Source of the DNA: Tubiluchus corallicola
Taxonomy: Eukaryota; Animalia; Priapulida
Assembly: GCA_030141605.1 (NCBI GenBank)
Contig: JAQGDQ010000022.1
Location: 124,001-188,000, forward strand
Reading direction: 5' to 3'
DNA length: 64,000 bases
A program made the position numbers and the translations under genes. Below the pieces are notes generated by a model. It was not told the DNA's origin. It ran no database searches and saw nothing but the letters and a program-made list of their open reading frames with translations. Shown in pieces: positions 50,463 to 63,007 of the stretch. Positions within the stretch are counted from its first letter, which is position 1; the number at the start of each line of letters is the position of its first letter.

Positions 50463-53400
50463 CGCTCTCTCGAAACTTCATTTTCTTAAAACAGATTTAA
50501 AACACACCAGTTTAATAAAATTCCTACTTTTGTCAGTAATATTCTTTTGTTTTAAATTCACAGGTCATTGTATAGGTCTAAAGACCCTAACCTATAATAG
50601 CCTGTAAACATATATAAACCGATGCGTGGCTTCATCAAATGTTAGAAGCACGCTGCATGTTTGACCAATTGCATAGATTATCACTGCGGTACTTAGCCTT
50701 TACTGCAGCATTTAAGCGTATTATGTGGGCTACTGCTTGATGGTGTTATGTTTATTAAGAGAAATATCTGGCACACAATTAACACTCCAGCGATAAATTG
50801 CGCTGCATTAAAGAGAAACAGTTTCCATGTTAACAGAGAACACATAATATATGAAAGAATGTTATATGCTATGCTGTTATAGCGCAGAGGATTTGCAAAG
50901 GAATTATCAGATATGCCTGTGGAACCAGTTCATGCGTTTTTTGACTTTGAGAAAAGCTCGTCATTTCATAATCATTAAATTCAACATTGTTGTCGGAAAT
51001 GACATTTCAATTTAATTAATAGTTTACTCTTTTGCTATCGCACTGTAAGTGTGCAATTATAGGTAGTAGTTAACGTAATTTAACGGTTTAAATAGGTTTA
51101 AAGTCATGTTAAAAGTATCTTTTTTACTGCTTTTGCATAACATTCTCGACAACAATTAAATTAGTCATCTGACCTACACTTCATCTTCAGTAGCCTGTAT
51201 GTCTTTCCTGTACAATTATACTCAAAACAAGTAATAATACTTATTTCACGAGCAGTCCAATTTTCCTTGACCAATTAAAAATTCACGATAGCACGTTAAA
51301 AATCAGCAAATGTTAGGCAATTATTTAAACTCTAGAAAATTACTGAAGTGTAAGGTAATTTTTACTATAATCTGCTTTTGGTATCGTCCATAATCGATTT
51401 TGCGATGTTACCTCAAGCTAATGTAGGTTACGTAAAAGAAGAAAATCGTAAGAACTCATCAAAGATAAAAGAAAATGTCCTCGAGCCTACAGTTCTATCA
51501 TCTACATTGCGACACAGATCAAATAATTACAAATCAACAACAAGTTTAGCACTTTTTGATAGGACGGGCGGGAAATATTAAGGTAGCAAAGCAATTAATT
51601 ACGCATATTGGCGACTATAGGAACAATTACAATCTCCATGGAGTAATTAATAATAATTTTTGACGACAACCGTAATGAAAACTAATAAATGCAGCCCGGT
51701 TGTGATCATAAAGCTGCATTTTAACCCAGCCTGAGTCGCTTAACTGATCACGTGATGATGTTTACTGTTTATCCTGCAATAATATTGAGAATAGGTCCAA
51801 GTTAGGGTGAGGGACGGCCGAAAACAATAAGTCATGAATTTTAGTTATTTTCAGAATTGTGCAGAAATTTGCTACATTACATTATAATAAAAGCAGGAAT
51901 TATACACAGCCTTCTTACATAGCCTTATTTTTTTAATATTGTTTATATTTTAGAAGAACAAATTCACTCTGGCGAGCAGCTACAAAATAGAGAAATTGAT
52001 TAAAAATCAAAAGAAAAAAAATTAATTTGTGGAAAGTAGCCATCTTAGGCAGATTGAGCATCAAAACTACAAAGAAATTTCAGATATACAAGATCACAAT
52101 AACTACCATGAAAGTATCTATAGGAAGTACACAGCGAGGCAGTTGATTTTCAGGGGCTGAGAGTTTCAAGGTATGAAGTGCCAAAAACCTTCTGAGAACC
52201 ACATATTCCGCACCATTGTTGCTGAATTTCAGTCTGAAGCACCGGCAAGTTATCACTCAAGTTCCTGACCACTCAAGTTTTCCAGTTTCCTGATGCTATA
52301 TAAAGAATTGAAGATAGGCATCTTATGACCTGAAAACACTAGAACCGCCAACTTCCACAGACAAGTGAAAAAAAATGACAAAGAATGGCATTAACGCAGT
52401 AAAAGAAGGGACGAGCTAATATAAATCTTTAAAGAAACATATACATTGTTATAAGTCACTAGAATAAAACAGGCCTAATAAAACCTGTGTAAGTTCTCTG
52501 TAATAATTTTTAAGCGAAAAATCAGAAATTAAATTATCATTATCATCTATAACGTGTCCGTATTTCTCGTAGTCTGTTGTTTACGCCTACTACGTTTTTC
52601 GTTTTAATATTAATACACTAAATGCTATTTTTAGAGCAATGAATGGCATAGCAACAGTGACTATGCGCTTTATTTCCAGGCTTTAAATCTACAAACAAAG
52701 CTCGAAACTCTCCGATCTTATTCGGTCTAATGAGCATTTTTAAAAGATGTATCCTCATTTCATTTGAGAGCTATTCATTTGCTAACTTGAAAATATCTAG
52801 TCAGTTCCGCTTAATAGTTTTCTGTCATCAGTTTTCTGTTAAAAGAAATTGACGAAGCAGCATTATTTTTAAATATCAAATATCGTTAATTTAATATTTT
52901 AATTTAACAGCACAACCAGATCGACTATGCATGAGAATGTTTACTTACCTTAATTTGCAAACGTCCTGCGCTTTCTCTGAACACTTTGTAGTTACCGCTT
53001 TGAAGCCAGGTATAATGTGTTGTGCGGAACGCCCATGGCTTCGCTTATTAGCAACATAATGCTGAGCAATATATATTCTAATTAGTTTCTATTAGGAGGT
53101 GCAATGATCTCGCGCAAATAACTGTTAATCGGTCTACCCTGGCATCGTTAAATGTGCATTATCGTCGGCATGTTTGCAACAAATCAAAGTACACTTTCGT
53201 GAATCTTATCTTATTAAATTATTCCCAAAGTACCAATGAACAGAAATCGTAGTTTTAATTATAGACTGCAATATACTGAGTGTTTGGTCTCTTTATGCGA
53301 GTCCAAAATAAGCAATGACTGAATTAAATCTTTTACAATTAACCAGCGATTTTTTGAAGAGACCACCTATGCCGCTGCCCAATTAAAATGGCAGTTATAG

Positions 53401-54155
53401 GTCTAATAATTGTTTTAGCATTTACTGTGTCCATCAAGCATACATTTTCTGGTAATTACTAGCTTTCATAGTCGGCAGGTACCTTTTCGGTTAACCAAAA
53501 TGGTGGAAGTTTTTGCAGTGGAAGATGGGTTTCAAGTGCATTCAGCACATGCAAGGAGTGTCAAGGAACTCGAGGCTTAAATAGTGGAATACTTGAGAAT
53601 AAAGTCATGAAGTGAGCCCCTTCCCGACATGAAATCTGGGCCTGGGTCTATAAATATCGATAAATGGGACTGGGGCGAATCTGTGGCTCCATACACTCAC
53701 CTATTTTTCCCTTGAAACTTGAAACCAATTTTCGCGGCCTTTTTGATTTCCTTAGCTTATTTTGCTGTGGGCATACAAGAATGATTTAAACACAAATGCT
53801 CACATGGATAGTGACTTTGTGAAAGGGATTGCCGGGTCGTTAATCGTTTATGTAACGTTATATTAGGATGTGATGTTGACAGGCCACCGGTGCTGTGATT
53901 GGCTTGCTAACTGTTGTGGTTACCAAGGTCTTCTGGGAAAATGTATTTTAGAACTCTGCCTACCCAGTGCCTGAAATAGACATAACAGGTGCCCGGTGAC
54001 AATAAGGCCTATATGTGCATCACGGAACGATGAAATAAACATAGCCAAGACCATCGTAAATATAATTTTATATTTTATACACTGTATGAGAGTACACACA
54101 TTTATATGAAATTGAAATTTGAATTCACGTTCTTTAATGACAGTAAAAATCCGGT

Positions 54156-56162
54156 TCAAAGAATGTCCCTACAAAAACAAAACATTCTCAGATCTGCACG
54201 ATGGGCATATATACAATGAGACTGATTGCCATACTTGTTAATTCGGCTTATACTTGCACCATCGACTATAGGCTGCTTCCCACTTGTGTACTCTATTGTG
54301 GCTTCGAATAATGCACCCCCAGGTTTCGTCTGAACAGTGATCTGATACACCACTGTCGCAGGTTGAACCTTGTTCTTAAACTGGGGAATCAGTCCGTCTT
54401 CGTCAGCTGAACTGGAAAACTTTAAGACGTTCTTGTTCGGTTTCAGCTTCGTGGCACCGACTATTTCAGAAAGTGCCAGATTCGCGCAGACTTCTCTTTC
54501 ATCTTTTAGCAAGGAGTTAATGTAATGAATTAAGGTATCGGCAACTATTTTTATTGCTGGGTCTTTCACTTCTACAGGCTCCCATGAAAGACACGCGCAC
54601 CAGTGGTGTGCAATGTGGGCATCTGCACACGTTCTCTGTATAGGTATTTCGCTGAATAAACTCAAATTTCGTTGGGCCAAAGTATTGTTTGCTGACGATC
54701 CACGAAACTGTATTATTTCCTTCAGTAAAATATGCAGATCAAAAGGTGTGGTCAGTCGCCCAGAATTTAAAAGCAAGTTTTGATACTCAGTTGGATGCTC
54801 AGTTTTAAACCACGGTGGCAACGTCACAGATACGAAAGGCAGCCGTTCTTCGAGTAAGCCTTGCGACGTTTTCCGTATGGCGCTAAACCGCGAACCATGA
54901 TCGCTGAATATGATCAGCATCGTGTTGTTGAAATGGTTGCTATTGTAATTATTTTGAAGAAAATTTTTGAAGTCATTATCAGCATATGTCAAATATTTCG
55001 GATCGTCATGACTGAGCTCGTTGTAGAAAAAAAAGCCAAATTTACGTTGTTTTTTGTAAGCCTGCAGGAAGTCGCTCAAGTAGTCCAAAGCCACTTTATG
55101 TTTTGGAAAAGAACCATGACAAAAAGCTGGTTCAAGCTTAAGATGTTTATCCACAGCTAAATAAAATGTCCGCCCATAATGGTCTGTTGGTTTTTCTTGA
55201 AAACCGCGCATTCTGTATTGAAAAGTATTTATGGCTGCCAAATCTTCTATCCACAAAGTCATATATCCAAGACGTTTAAAATCTTTCCATATTATCGGAT
55301 ATGCATCTACTGTGTACGCATCGTCTAACTTCTTAAGAGTTGGGGGTAACTCCTGTTCAGTCTTTCCAGTTAAAAGGGGAATTAAAGCCTGTGGTGTCCC
55401 ATCTCCTACAATGTTGTAGCCACCTAATATGACACTGTTCAAAACGCTTTTCATGTATTTTAGGCTCTTGGACATTTTTCGCTGCCAAGCAACTTGCGAG
55501 ACAGAATCAAAGCCAATTAATATCAAATCCATTCCCAAAGCCTCGTGCGGCAAATTGATGTCCTTCATTCTTTCCATCTCATCTTTTTGAATTGCGACAT
55601 GTGCGTGATAATTAGAATATGAAGGTCTTGCTGTGAGCACTAAGTACATCATGTGAAGCACATTTCTCGCGTACACCTGCGCCTTGCATTCCACGTAGAA
55701 AAAATCTACTGGCATAAGGTCTCCATGTTGAAATTTAACAGGAGCAGAATGTCTGGTATCGAAATCATCACTCCGCTGTAACTCTTTGTAGAAACACTTC
55801 ACGGATTCGGGTATGATGTTAAGAACTTTCAAAGCCGTATCATTATAATACACTTTTCCACCAGCAGTATAAATCCAGTTGTTTCCCTGGCAAGCCAGCG
55901 GTTCTGGGTCTTTATAAAATTCGTTTAACAACACTTCGTCTTTGAATATATTCGGATGTACGCATGCTTGGTTTTGTCCTTCTTTTGACAGAAACGTGAA
56001 ATATGTTTCCTTACTCGGCAAGGCAAAAAATACTGTTACTGTTGTGGATGCAATACAAAATATAAAAAAAGTAGTAAAAAATTGATACCGCGGCTGATAG
56101 ATTAGTTTCTTGCAAGTTCGCTGTAATGCAATATGTCCTAATTGCGACTTCAGGAAAGGCAT
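54156..56162 (-). CDS. DUF229 family protein (alkaline phosphatase/sulfatase-like fold), paralog A, 668 aa, probable type II membrane protein
   Basis: N-terminal hydrophobic helix; motifs GFDSVSQ, GYNIVGDGTPQALIP, ELSHD, FSDHGSRF, LEERLP, LTTPFD, CADAHIAHHWCAC and SRINKYG..C..FCFC. Uninterrupted ORF. Confidence 0.92.
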   Translation of the reverse strand: MPFLKSQLGHIALQRTCKKLIYQPRYQFFTTFFIFCIASTTVTVFFALPSKETYFTFLSKEGQNQACVHPNIFKDEVLLNEFYKDPEPLACQGNNWIYTAGGKVYYNDTALKVLNIIPESVKCFYKELQRSDDFDTRHSAPVKFQHGDLMPVDFFYVECKAQVYARNVLHMMYLVLTARPSYSNYHAHVAIQKDEMERMKDINLPHEALGMDLILIGFDSVSQVAWQRKMSKSLKYMKSVLNSVILGGYNIVGDGTPQALIPLLTGKTEQELPPTLKKLDDAYTVDAYPIIWKDFKRLGYMTLWIEDLAAINTFQYRMRGFQEKPTDHYGRTFYLAVDKHLKLEPAFCHGSFPKHKVALDYLSDFLQAYKKQRKFGFFFYNELSHDDPKYLTYADNDFKNFLQNNYNSNHFNNTMLIIFSDHGSRFSAIRKTSQGLLEERLPFVSVTLPPWFKTEHPTEYQNLLLNSGRLTTPFDLHILLKEIIQFRGSSANNTLAQRNLSLFSEIPIQRTCADAHIAHHWCACLSWEPVEVKDPAIKIVADTLIHYINSLLKDEREVCANLALSEIVGATKLKPNKNVLKFSSSADEDGLIPQFKNKVQPATVVYQITVQTKPGGALFEATIEYTSGKQPIVDGASISRINKYGNQSHCIYAHRADLRMFCFCRDIL

Positions 56163-56875
56163 TATCGATAAACACTTTCACCAGTTATCTTCAGTTTATC
56201 AAATAATAAGTTTATTTACTCTATTCATGGCAGAAGAAATAACAAATCACTGTTAGCGATGTTAAAAAAATAATAAAATTGAATAGTAAGTACATTGATG
56301 ATAGTCGTATCTTATTTTGAGGCATTCGAAGTTTGCTTATAAAAAACTCGTACCGAAGGATCCCTAATGCAGCTGTAACCGTTATAAGGGGCGCTTTTAT
56401 AGTTATCTACGTCATTCTATAATGACTTAGGCTATCGACTGCGGAACCATCTACGTTTTTTAAAATCATTAAGCCTTGTAGTAATCGAGTTTACTGAATA
56501 TGGTATTACAATGATTATCTCTGAATTAAATTTTTACCATCGCGCGCTGCCCACCCCTGGCTTGTTATATGAGAACAATACAATGTACAGTGTTATTTTG
56601 TCGTTTGCAACAATCATGTAACTAACTTTGTTACATGATTCGTGTAATTGTTTGGTTTAATTGTCTTGGAGCATGATGGAGAAGACACTATGCTGTCAGG
56701 TTTTGACTTATTTATTTTCGTTAAAACATTACCCATAAAAATTTGGCATATCATAAAAATTATGTTCGATAGAAAAGTATTAAAAATCATGCAGAAACAA
56801 AGAGAGATACATGCCTTGAAACAGAGGGTGATGTGTTGAAACAGATGGAGGTTGAACAACTACAAAGCTGTGCGC

Positions 56876-57830
56876 GCTAAAAATTGCACAGAAAAATGGC
56901 GCGGTAAAAATGGCACAGGACAAAATGGCACATATTTTATTTTGATGCATCTGATTTCTATAATAGAACTAATGTGCACTCAGTAGGAAGCAGGTCATTG
57001 CCAAAGCCGAACAATTCTAAACTTATTAGTCGGATACTTTTGATTATAATTGATACAAAGATAAACAAGCAAACATACAAAAGTGTACCTGTATTGGTAT
57101 TATATAGACTAGCAATAGACTCACAAAATAATTGTTCATTGAACATAATCAATAATGCACGAATGTTCCACATAGTGTTTATCTACCTTTTTAACCATCA
57201 ATTTTGGCGATGGCAACAGACTGTCAAATATACGTACTTAGTCATCTTAAAAGGCTTATACACATTAATAAGTAAAGATTATAGGCAGCGTTACGCAATT
57301 TTACAACGATAATTTCTCGAATGTGAATTGGAAGCAACTCGCAGTTGTTTGTCCAGGTGAGATAACAAAAAAAGAAGTACTAAACACTCCCTCTGAGGCC
57401 GCCACGAGGTACTTCACGAATATTTTTGTGCATGGTGTTTGGGTCATGTTTTGTGAAAAAAGAACCGCCGAAAAGATTCCCATTTTGTCACCCTATACCC
57501 CCTTTCTTCACAAAGTTTCTTGGAAATATGTTAGATAGCTTTTTGCGTAACAGACTTACTACCATAACAGATAAAAACAACCAAACAAATAAACAAACAA
57601 ACTGTTATTGAAGCATAACTTCCTTGGCAGAGGTAAAAATAACTAAAATAATTAAAATAAAATGAAAAAATAACTTCACTGCAACCCTAACCTTAAACAT
57701 ATTTTATTAAGTGTGCCATTCTTCCTGTGCAATGTTTTACCTACTTTTGTATTTGTGCCATTTTTTCCTGTGCCATTTTACCGTGCATTTTTTCCTGTGC
57801 CATCTTTACCTGTGCCACTTTTACATACAT
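56876..57830. mobile_element. Non-autonomous DNA transposon-like element with inverted arrays of ~15-bp subterminal repeats
   Basis: Four GGTAAAAATGGCACA-like units at 56876-56932 and about seven inverted TGTGCCATTTTTACC-like units at 57712-57825. AACCCTAACCTTAA lies just inside the right array. Exact termini and TSD not resolved. Confidence 0.75.
57364..57636 (+). mobile_element. Helentron-associated (HINE/DINE-like) short element nested in the preceding element
   Basis: Ends in an (AAAC)n-like microsatellite then a terminal hairpin ATAACTTCC-TTGGC-AGAGGTAA followed by an A-run. Body caaagtttcttggaaa...tttttgcgtaa resembles such elements as I recall them. Left boundary approximate. Confidence 0.6.
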
Positions 57831-60535
57831 TCTTATTAGACTGGTTGTGGTTAGGAGCATTGCAATAGTCGTTATCAATCTACATTTAACGCTGGTTAAA
57901 TCCTAATGCAGTAATGTAATTCTTAATTATCCAGTATTATTAATGTATCGCAAAAAAGCATATTTTGAAACATACTTTGTCTATCGGTCACATTATAGCC
58001 GTAAATCATGCATTACATTTTTGCTAGCAATTTGATTGAATGTACAAAAGTTCTTGCTAGTAACGTTAATTTGATGGAAGTTTATAATAAGTTGCTTACA
58101 TTTACAAGTTCATTCAATGGACGCTTGCCTGTATCGGTAGAGCTCCAATCCCGCACTCCTTTGTCTGACTTTTTACTACAATGGTCTCTCGGCAAGGGAT
58201 TCTTTCAGCCTCAATGCTCATTTATCACTGATAATTCTTTTTCGTATAAACATTTTTATTTAACAACATCATTAACAATGAAGCCAGTTTCTGCTGTTTT
58301 TTTTGGATGATGGATAAAGAGGTGAACCGGTAGAGTAACGTCCGGGCTATCAGTGCTAGTGCGTACACCGCTAATTACTTCACTATTTCGACGAGATGAA
58401 AAATATAGAAATAATGAACAGTGTACAAGATAACTTAAGCTGAAAGATCACTGTGATGAAAGTCCAAAACACTTCAAATTTGAGAAGCCAGTGGAAAAAA
58501 TCTGTCGAAAGATAGTGGATGTCGAAAACGCTTAATTTTATTACGATGAATGATTGATTTTCTTCGAAAATATTTGATCTGATTTTAACGATTCAAGTGA
58601 ATGTTTTTAGCTTTTTAATTTGAGTTTGAGTTTTGTAAAAATAGGCGGGAGAGCAAAACTTGGGCGACTGAATGCCCTGAATTGAATTATCTTCGCATTT
58701 CGACGTAAACAAATACTGAATTGAGTTTAATTTGTAGCAATTTTCAAATGTATGTACTTTTACATCGATTCAATATATTATTTAAAATATTTGCATAATT
58801 ATTGATAAATATTACATTTTTGATATTAATGATGGTATTTGCAATGACAATGAAACAAGAGAGTAATTAGTACATGTTTAGTAATAAAGGCTTAGTGGTC
58901 GATTAAGAGATCTGCGTTTTAGTAAAGAGAAAAGAAATTACAATATAACTAAATTACGACATGATTACACTAAATGTATACGTTAAGTCTAATGCAAAAA
59001 CGACTTAAGACATACGTATTGTACTGTGAACATGGTTATCATCGATAATGAGCAAAGGAGCAAGGTAGCGATTGCCAGCGTTATGTGACTCCTAGCTAGC
59101 TAGGCCTTTGACACAGAAAAATTACTATATGTATACACTGATCTATGAAAGAAGCCTGATTCAGCTAATTACATGGCCAATTGGGCACGATGCCCTGCTA
59201 TACTAGATACTTAAATGACAATTACATGAGGATGCAAATTTAACACTACGTTGACATTCAAAAACCAGTTTGCAAGGGCAGATCCATGCAAAAATGGTAA
59301 AAAACACTAACTCGAGATGTACTGTACTGGCGTAGTTCTCGACAGTGGGCTTGTGGAGGCTACCAATAGACCGATAGGCCGTTTTCCTCACTGCAAGGGG
59401 GAATTACTCATAATTGTTTGAAAATAAAATGTCGTATAGATTTCTAAGTCATTATTTCATCTCGTTAGGAGAATAAAATTTTTTGAACGGTCTTGTATAA
59501 CTTTAAAAAAGTCTAGGTTTGTTTACCTTGGTCTTTTGACTGAGTTCGTATATAGACATTTCTTATTTTGTATGTGGTATTCAAATTTTTTGTACTTGCT
59601 AAGGTAGTATTAGCCGAAATACTGAGCTAGCCGCTAAATACAGTGACCGAAATAAGGGAAGCTTGGGTCGATGCTTGTTACAGAATAACGGAACAAGGAA
59701 ATGGTTTCTGGCAAAATAAGGAGAAACGGGCAGACCTAACAAAAAAGCAACTACGGGAATTAAAGAAACAATAATACAATTCTAAGAATATACTATCTTC
59801 AACGAAAAAGAAAAAACAAAAATCACGAAGTTATTTTAAAGGATTTTTGATAATAAAATCTTTTTATACAATGCACAAGCTGGATGCAGCAACCAATGGC
59901 AAGGCCTAGGCCTACTAATTGTAGTTCGTGGCAGTGGGATTGGAATGTAGTTAATTATCAACTAATTATCCCGCCAACACGAGACATTGAATCGCATGAC
60001 GTCTCTTAGCCAAATTCAGATTGTATTCTCCTTCTTCGACAGAAATAGCTGGGACAATATGGTAGGTGTATTAACAGCAGTTTTCAATTACTGGCAGTCT
60101 TCCGATGCACTAGTTCCATATTATTTAACTTCAATCACTTTGTTTGACTATTTATCCATAAATTCTGGTACAGCAACTGTATACTTTTTGGGAGCATGAC
60201 TGCCGAAAAACCGTAAAGAAAATTGTCGACAGATTTCGGAAAAAATCTAAAAAACCATGGGTTGTGAGGAATAACCTTTCCTTCTGTTATGCTAATGATA
60301 ATTATAAAACATAATGTATTCATTCATGTAGGTACCCACCCTTCATTAATGTATCCATGCCTCCTAGGAGACTCCATTTAACCGGTTTTTTTTTACTAGA
60401 TGAACCAAATGGCAAGAGTTGTTACGAAATTCACAGTTTGTGACAAATGAAATATGAAAGCGATAGAAAACTACTCGTATATATAAAAAAACATAATAAC
60501 AAACTTGTTAATGAAGACATTGTAAAACTCAATTT

Positions 60536-62554
60536 TTAAAACATGTCTCTGCAAAAACAATACATTCTCAAATCCGGTCGTTTAGCGTATATACAGTGAG
60601 ATTGTTTACCGTATTTGTTTATACGACTAACATTCTCATCATTAACTAACAGCTTCTGCCCTAATCTGTATTCTAAAGTGGCTTCAAAGAGACCTCCTCC
60701 TGGTTCAGTTTCAATGATGATTCGGTAAACCACAGTTAGAGGCTGAACCTTGTTCTTAAATTCGGGAATCAAGCCATCAGCATCTTTTGACTTGGAGAAT
60801 GACAAAACTTTCTTGTTTGGTTTCAATTTACTTGCTCCGACAATTGTGGAAAGTACCAAATTAGAACAGACTTGTTTTTCCTCTGCTAGTAGTGCATTTA
60901 TGTGATTGACAAGCGCATCAGCAACGAGACTGACTACTGAGTCTGTGATTTCCACAGGTTCCCAAGCTAGACATGCGCACCAGTGATGAGCAATGTTGGC
61001 ATCCGCGCAAGTTCTTTGCTCTGGCACTTTGCCGAATAAACTAATGCTTCTTTGAGCAACAGAATAGTTTATAGACGAACCACGAAACTCAACTGTTTCT
61101 TGTATTAATGCATGCAAGTCAAAAGGCGTGGTTAAGCGTTCGGAATTTCGAATCAGATTGCTGTACTCAAATGGATATTTTCTCTTAAACCAATTTGGCA
61201 GCGTAACAGACACAAATGGCATTCGTTCTTCAAGCAGCCCTTGTGATGTTTCCCGAATCTTGCCAAATCGCGAGCCGTGGTCACTGAATATGACCAGTAA
61301 TGTGTTGTTGAGATGACCGTTGTCGTACTGATTTTGCAGAAGTGTCTTGAAATCTCTATCGGCATGCTTCAAATAGGATGGATCGTCATGACTTAGTTCA
61401 TTGTAAAATAAAAATCCAAACTTTCGCTCATTCTTGTAAGCATGCAAAAAGTCACTCATGTAATTGAAAGCAACCTTGTGCCTTGGGAGAGCACCCAGGC
61501 AAAAGTCTGGTTCTCGCAGGAAATGATTTTTGGCCGCTAAGTAAAATGTGCGTCCATAATGGTCGGTTGGTTGTTTTTTGAATCCTCGCATTCTGTATTG
61601 AAAAGTTCCAATATCGGGACCGTCTTCCACCCATAGTGTCTTGTATCCCAAACGTTTGAAGTCTTTCCATATCATTGGATAAATGTCCACTGTAAAAGAA
61701 TCTTTGATCCGCCAAAGAGTTGCCGGTAATTCTTGCTCCGTTTGCCCAGTTAGAAGCGGAATAAGAGCTTGCGGTGTTCCATCCCCAACAATGTTGTATC
61801 CAGTCAAAATGACGCTGTTTAACACACTCTTCATGTACTTCAAACTTTCGGGCATGTTTCGCTGAAAAGCAACTTGCGAGACAGAGTCAAAGCCAAACAA
61901 GACCACATCCATCCCCAAAATATCTGATGTCAAAGATGCTTCGAAATTACTGCTACCTTTGTAATCTACTTTCTTTGCAATGTGCGCATGATAGTTACTA
62001 TAAGATGGAGCGGGCATCATTATACGAAACACATTTTCTTTTCGTGGTTTTGCTTTGCATTTAACATAGAAAAAGTCTGTTAGTATCTCTTCCCCATCGT
62101 GAAGCTCCCTTTCTTCAGAAACTGTCGTTTTGAAGTCATCATCTCTTTTTAACTCATTGTACGTACATAATACTGATTTTGGATTAATTTCGAGTATTTT
62201 AAGTGCAGTATGGTTGTAAAACGCTCTACCAGCAGCCGTGTAAATCCAGTCGTGGCTCCTACAGGCTAGAGCTTCCGGTTCCTTGTAAAACTTGTCTAAC
62301 AAAATGTCGTTTTTAAATAAATTTGGATGGACGCACTCTTTATTCATTTCTTGTGTTTGTAGAAATTTAAAATACAACACTTCTGTGGAATCTAGAGCAA
62401 ATGAATAGAGGCTTAGTGCGCAAAATACAGCACAAGTAAACAGAGCTAAAAGTTTCAATTGACGTCGGTGTCGTTTTACCTTTTGAAAGACTCGGATGAA
62501 AAATGATAATATCACAAACATCGTGGGTCTAATTTTTGTGACTGTACGTTCCAT
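60536..62554 (-). CDS. DUF229 family protein, paralog B, 672 aa, probable type II membrane protein
   Basis: Basic N-terminus followed by a TM helix. Same motifs as paralog A (GFDSVSQ, GYNIVGDGTPQALIP, ELSHD, SDHG, CADANIAHHWCAC) and collinear over the full length. Confidence 0.92.
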   Translation of the reverse strand: MERTVTKIRPTMFVILSFFIRVFQKVKRHRRQLKLLALFTCAVFCALSLYSFALDSTEVLYFKFLQTQEMNKECVHPNLFKNDILLDKFYKEPEALACRSHDWIYTAAGRAFYNHTALKILEINPKSVLCTYNELKRDDDFKTTVSEERELHDGEEILTDFFYVKCKAKPRKENVFRIMMPAPSYSNYHAHIAKKVDYKGSSNFEASLTSDILGMDVVLFGFDSVSQVAFQRNMPESLKYMKSVLNSVILTGYNIVGDGTPQALIPLLTGQTEQELPATLWRIKDSFTVDIYPMIWKDFKRLGYKTLWVEDGPDIGTFQYRMRGFKKQPTDHYGRTFYLAAKNHFLREPDFCLGALPRHKVAFNYMSDFLHAYKNERKFGFLFYNELSHDDPSYLKHADRDFKTLLQNQYDNGHLNNTLLVIFSDHGSRFGKIRETSQGLLEERMPFVSVTLPNWFKRKYPFEYSNLIRNSERLTTPFDLHALIQETVEFRGSSINYSVAQRSISLFGKVPEQRTCADANIAHHWCACLAWEPVEITDSVVSLVADALVNHINALLAEEKQVCSNLVLSTIVGASKLKPNKKVLSFSKSKDADGLIPEFKNKVQPLTVVYRIIIETEPGGGLFEATLEYRLGQKLLVNDENVSRINKYGKQSHCIYAKRPDLRMYCFCRDMF

Positions 62555-62572
62555 TGTCTCCCATTAGCGGCT

Positions 62573-62590
62573 CTGTAAGAAACAGAGGAG
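62573..62590 (-). promoter_or_regulatory. Candidate 3' splice acceptor 18 nt upstream of the DUF229-B ATG
   Basis: Minus strand CTCCTCTGTTTCTTACAG|AGCCGCTAATGGGAGACA-ATG. Confidence 0.6.
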
Positions 62591-62970
62591 TTTATATTGC
62601 TTAAATACACTATGGACCATAATGAAGCAAATCTCAAGTGTCGATGAGTATCGAGTAATAATGTCTTCGGTGATTCGAAGCAACACTCTTGGCTGTTTTC
62701 ACAATGTGAATTTAAAATGTAATGCACTATTGTTTTCTCAAAGTTTAACATCCAAAATAATTAAAGTCGCACAACTTCATAACACCTATAGTGTTCTTGT
62801 ACGCTGATGAAATGGAACTGCGGCTACAAAACAAATAACGGAATGCATGTTTAGTGGTTCAAAGTCCAATACCTAAACACTCGGCGCGTATAAATTTATA
62901 GTTTGACGTGCAGAGCGACTGTCGGGTAATTTATCCGCTTCCTCCTGGTTAATTTTTCTCCTTGTTCCGC

Positions 62971-63007
62971 TTTATTTCAGTTTTATTTGTTTCAGAATAA
63001 ATTTATT
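62971..63007 (-). terminator. Clustered candidate polyadenylation signals of the KDEL-ending gene
   Basis: Minus-strand AATAAA at 63002-63007, 62982-62987 and 62971-62976, about 470 nt downstream of the stop at 63471. Confidence 0.45.
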
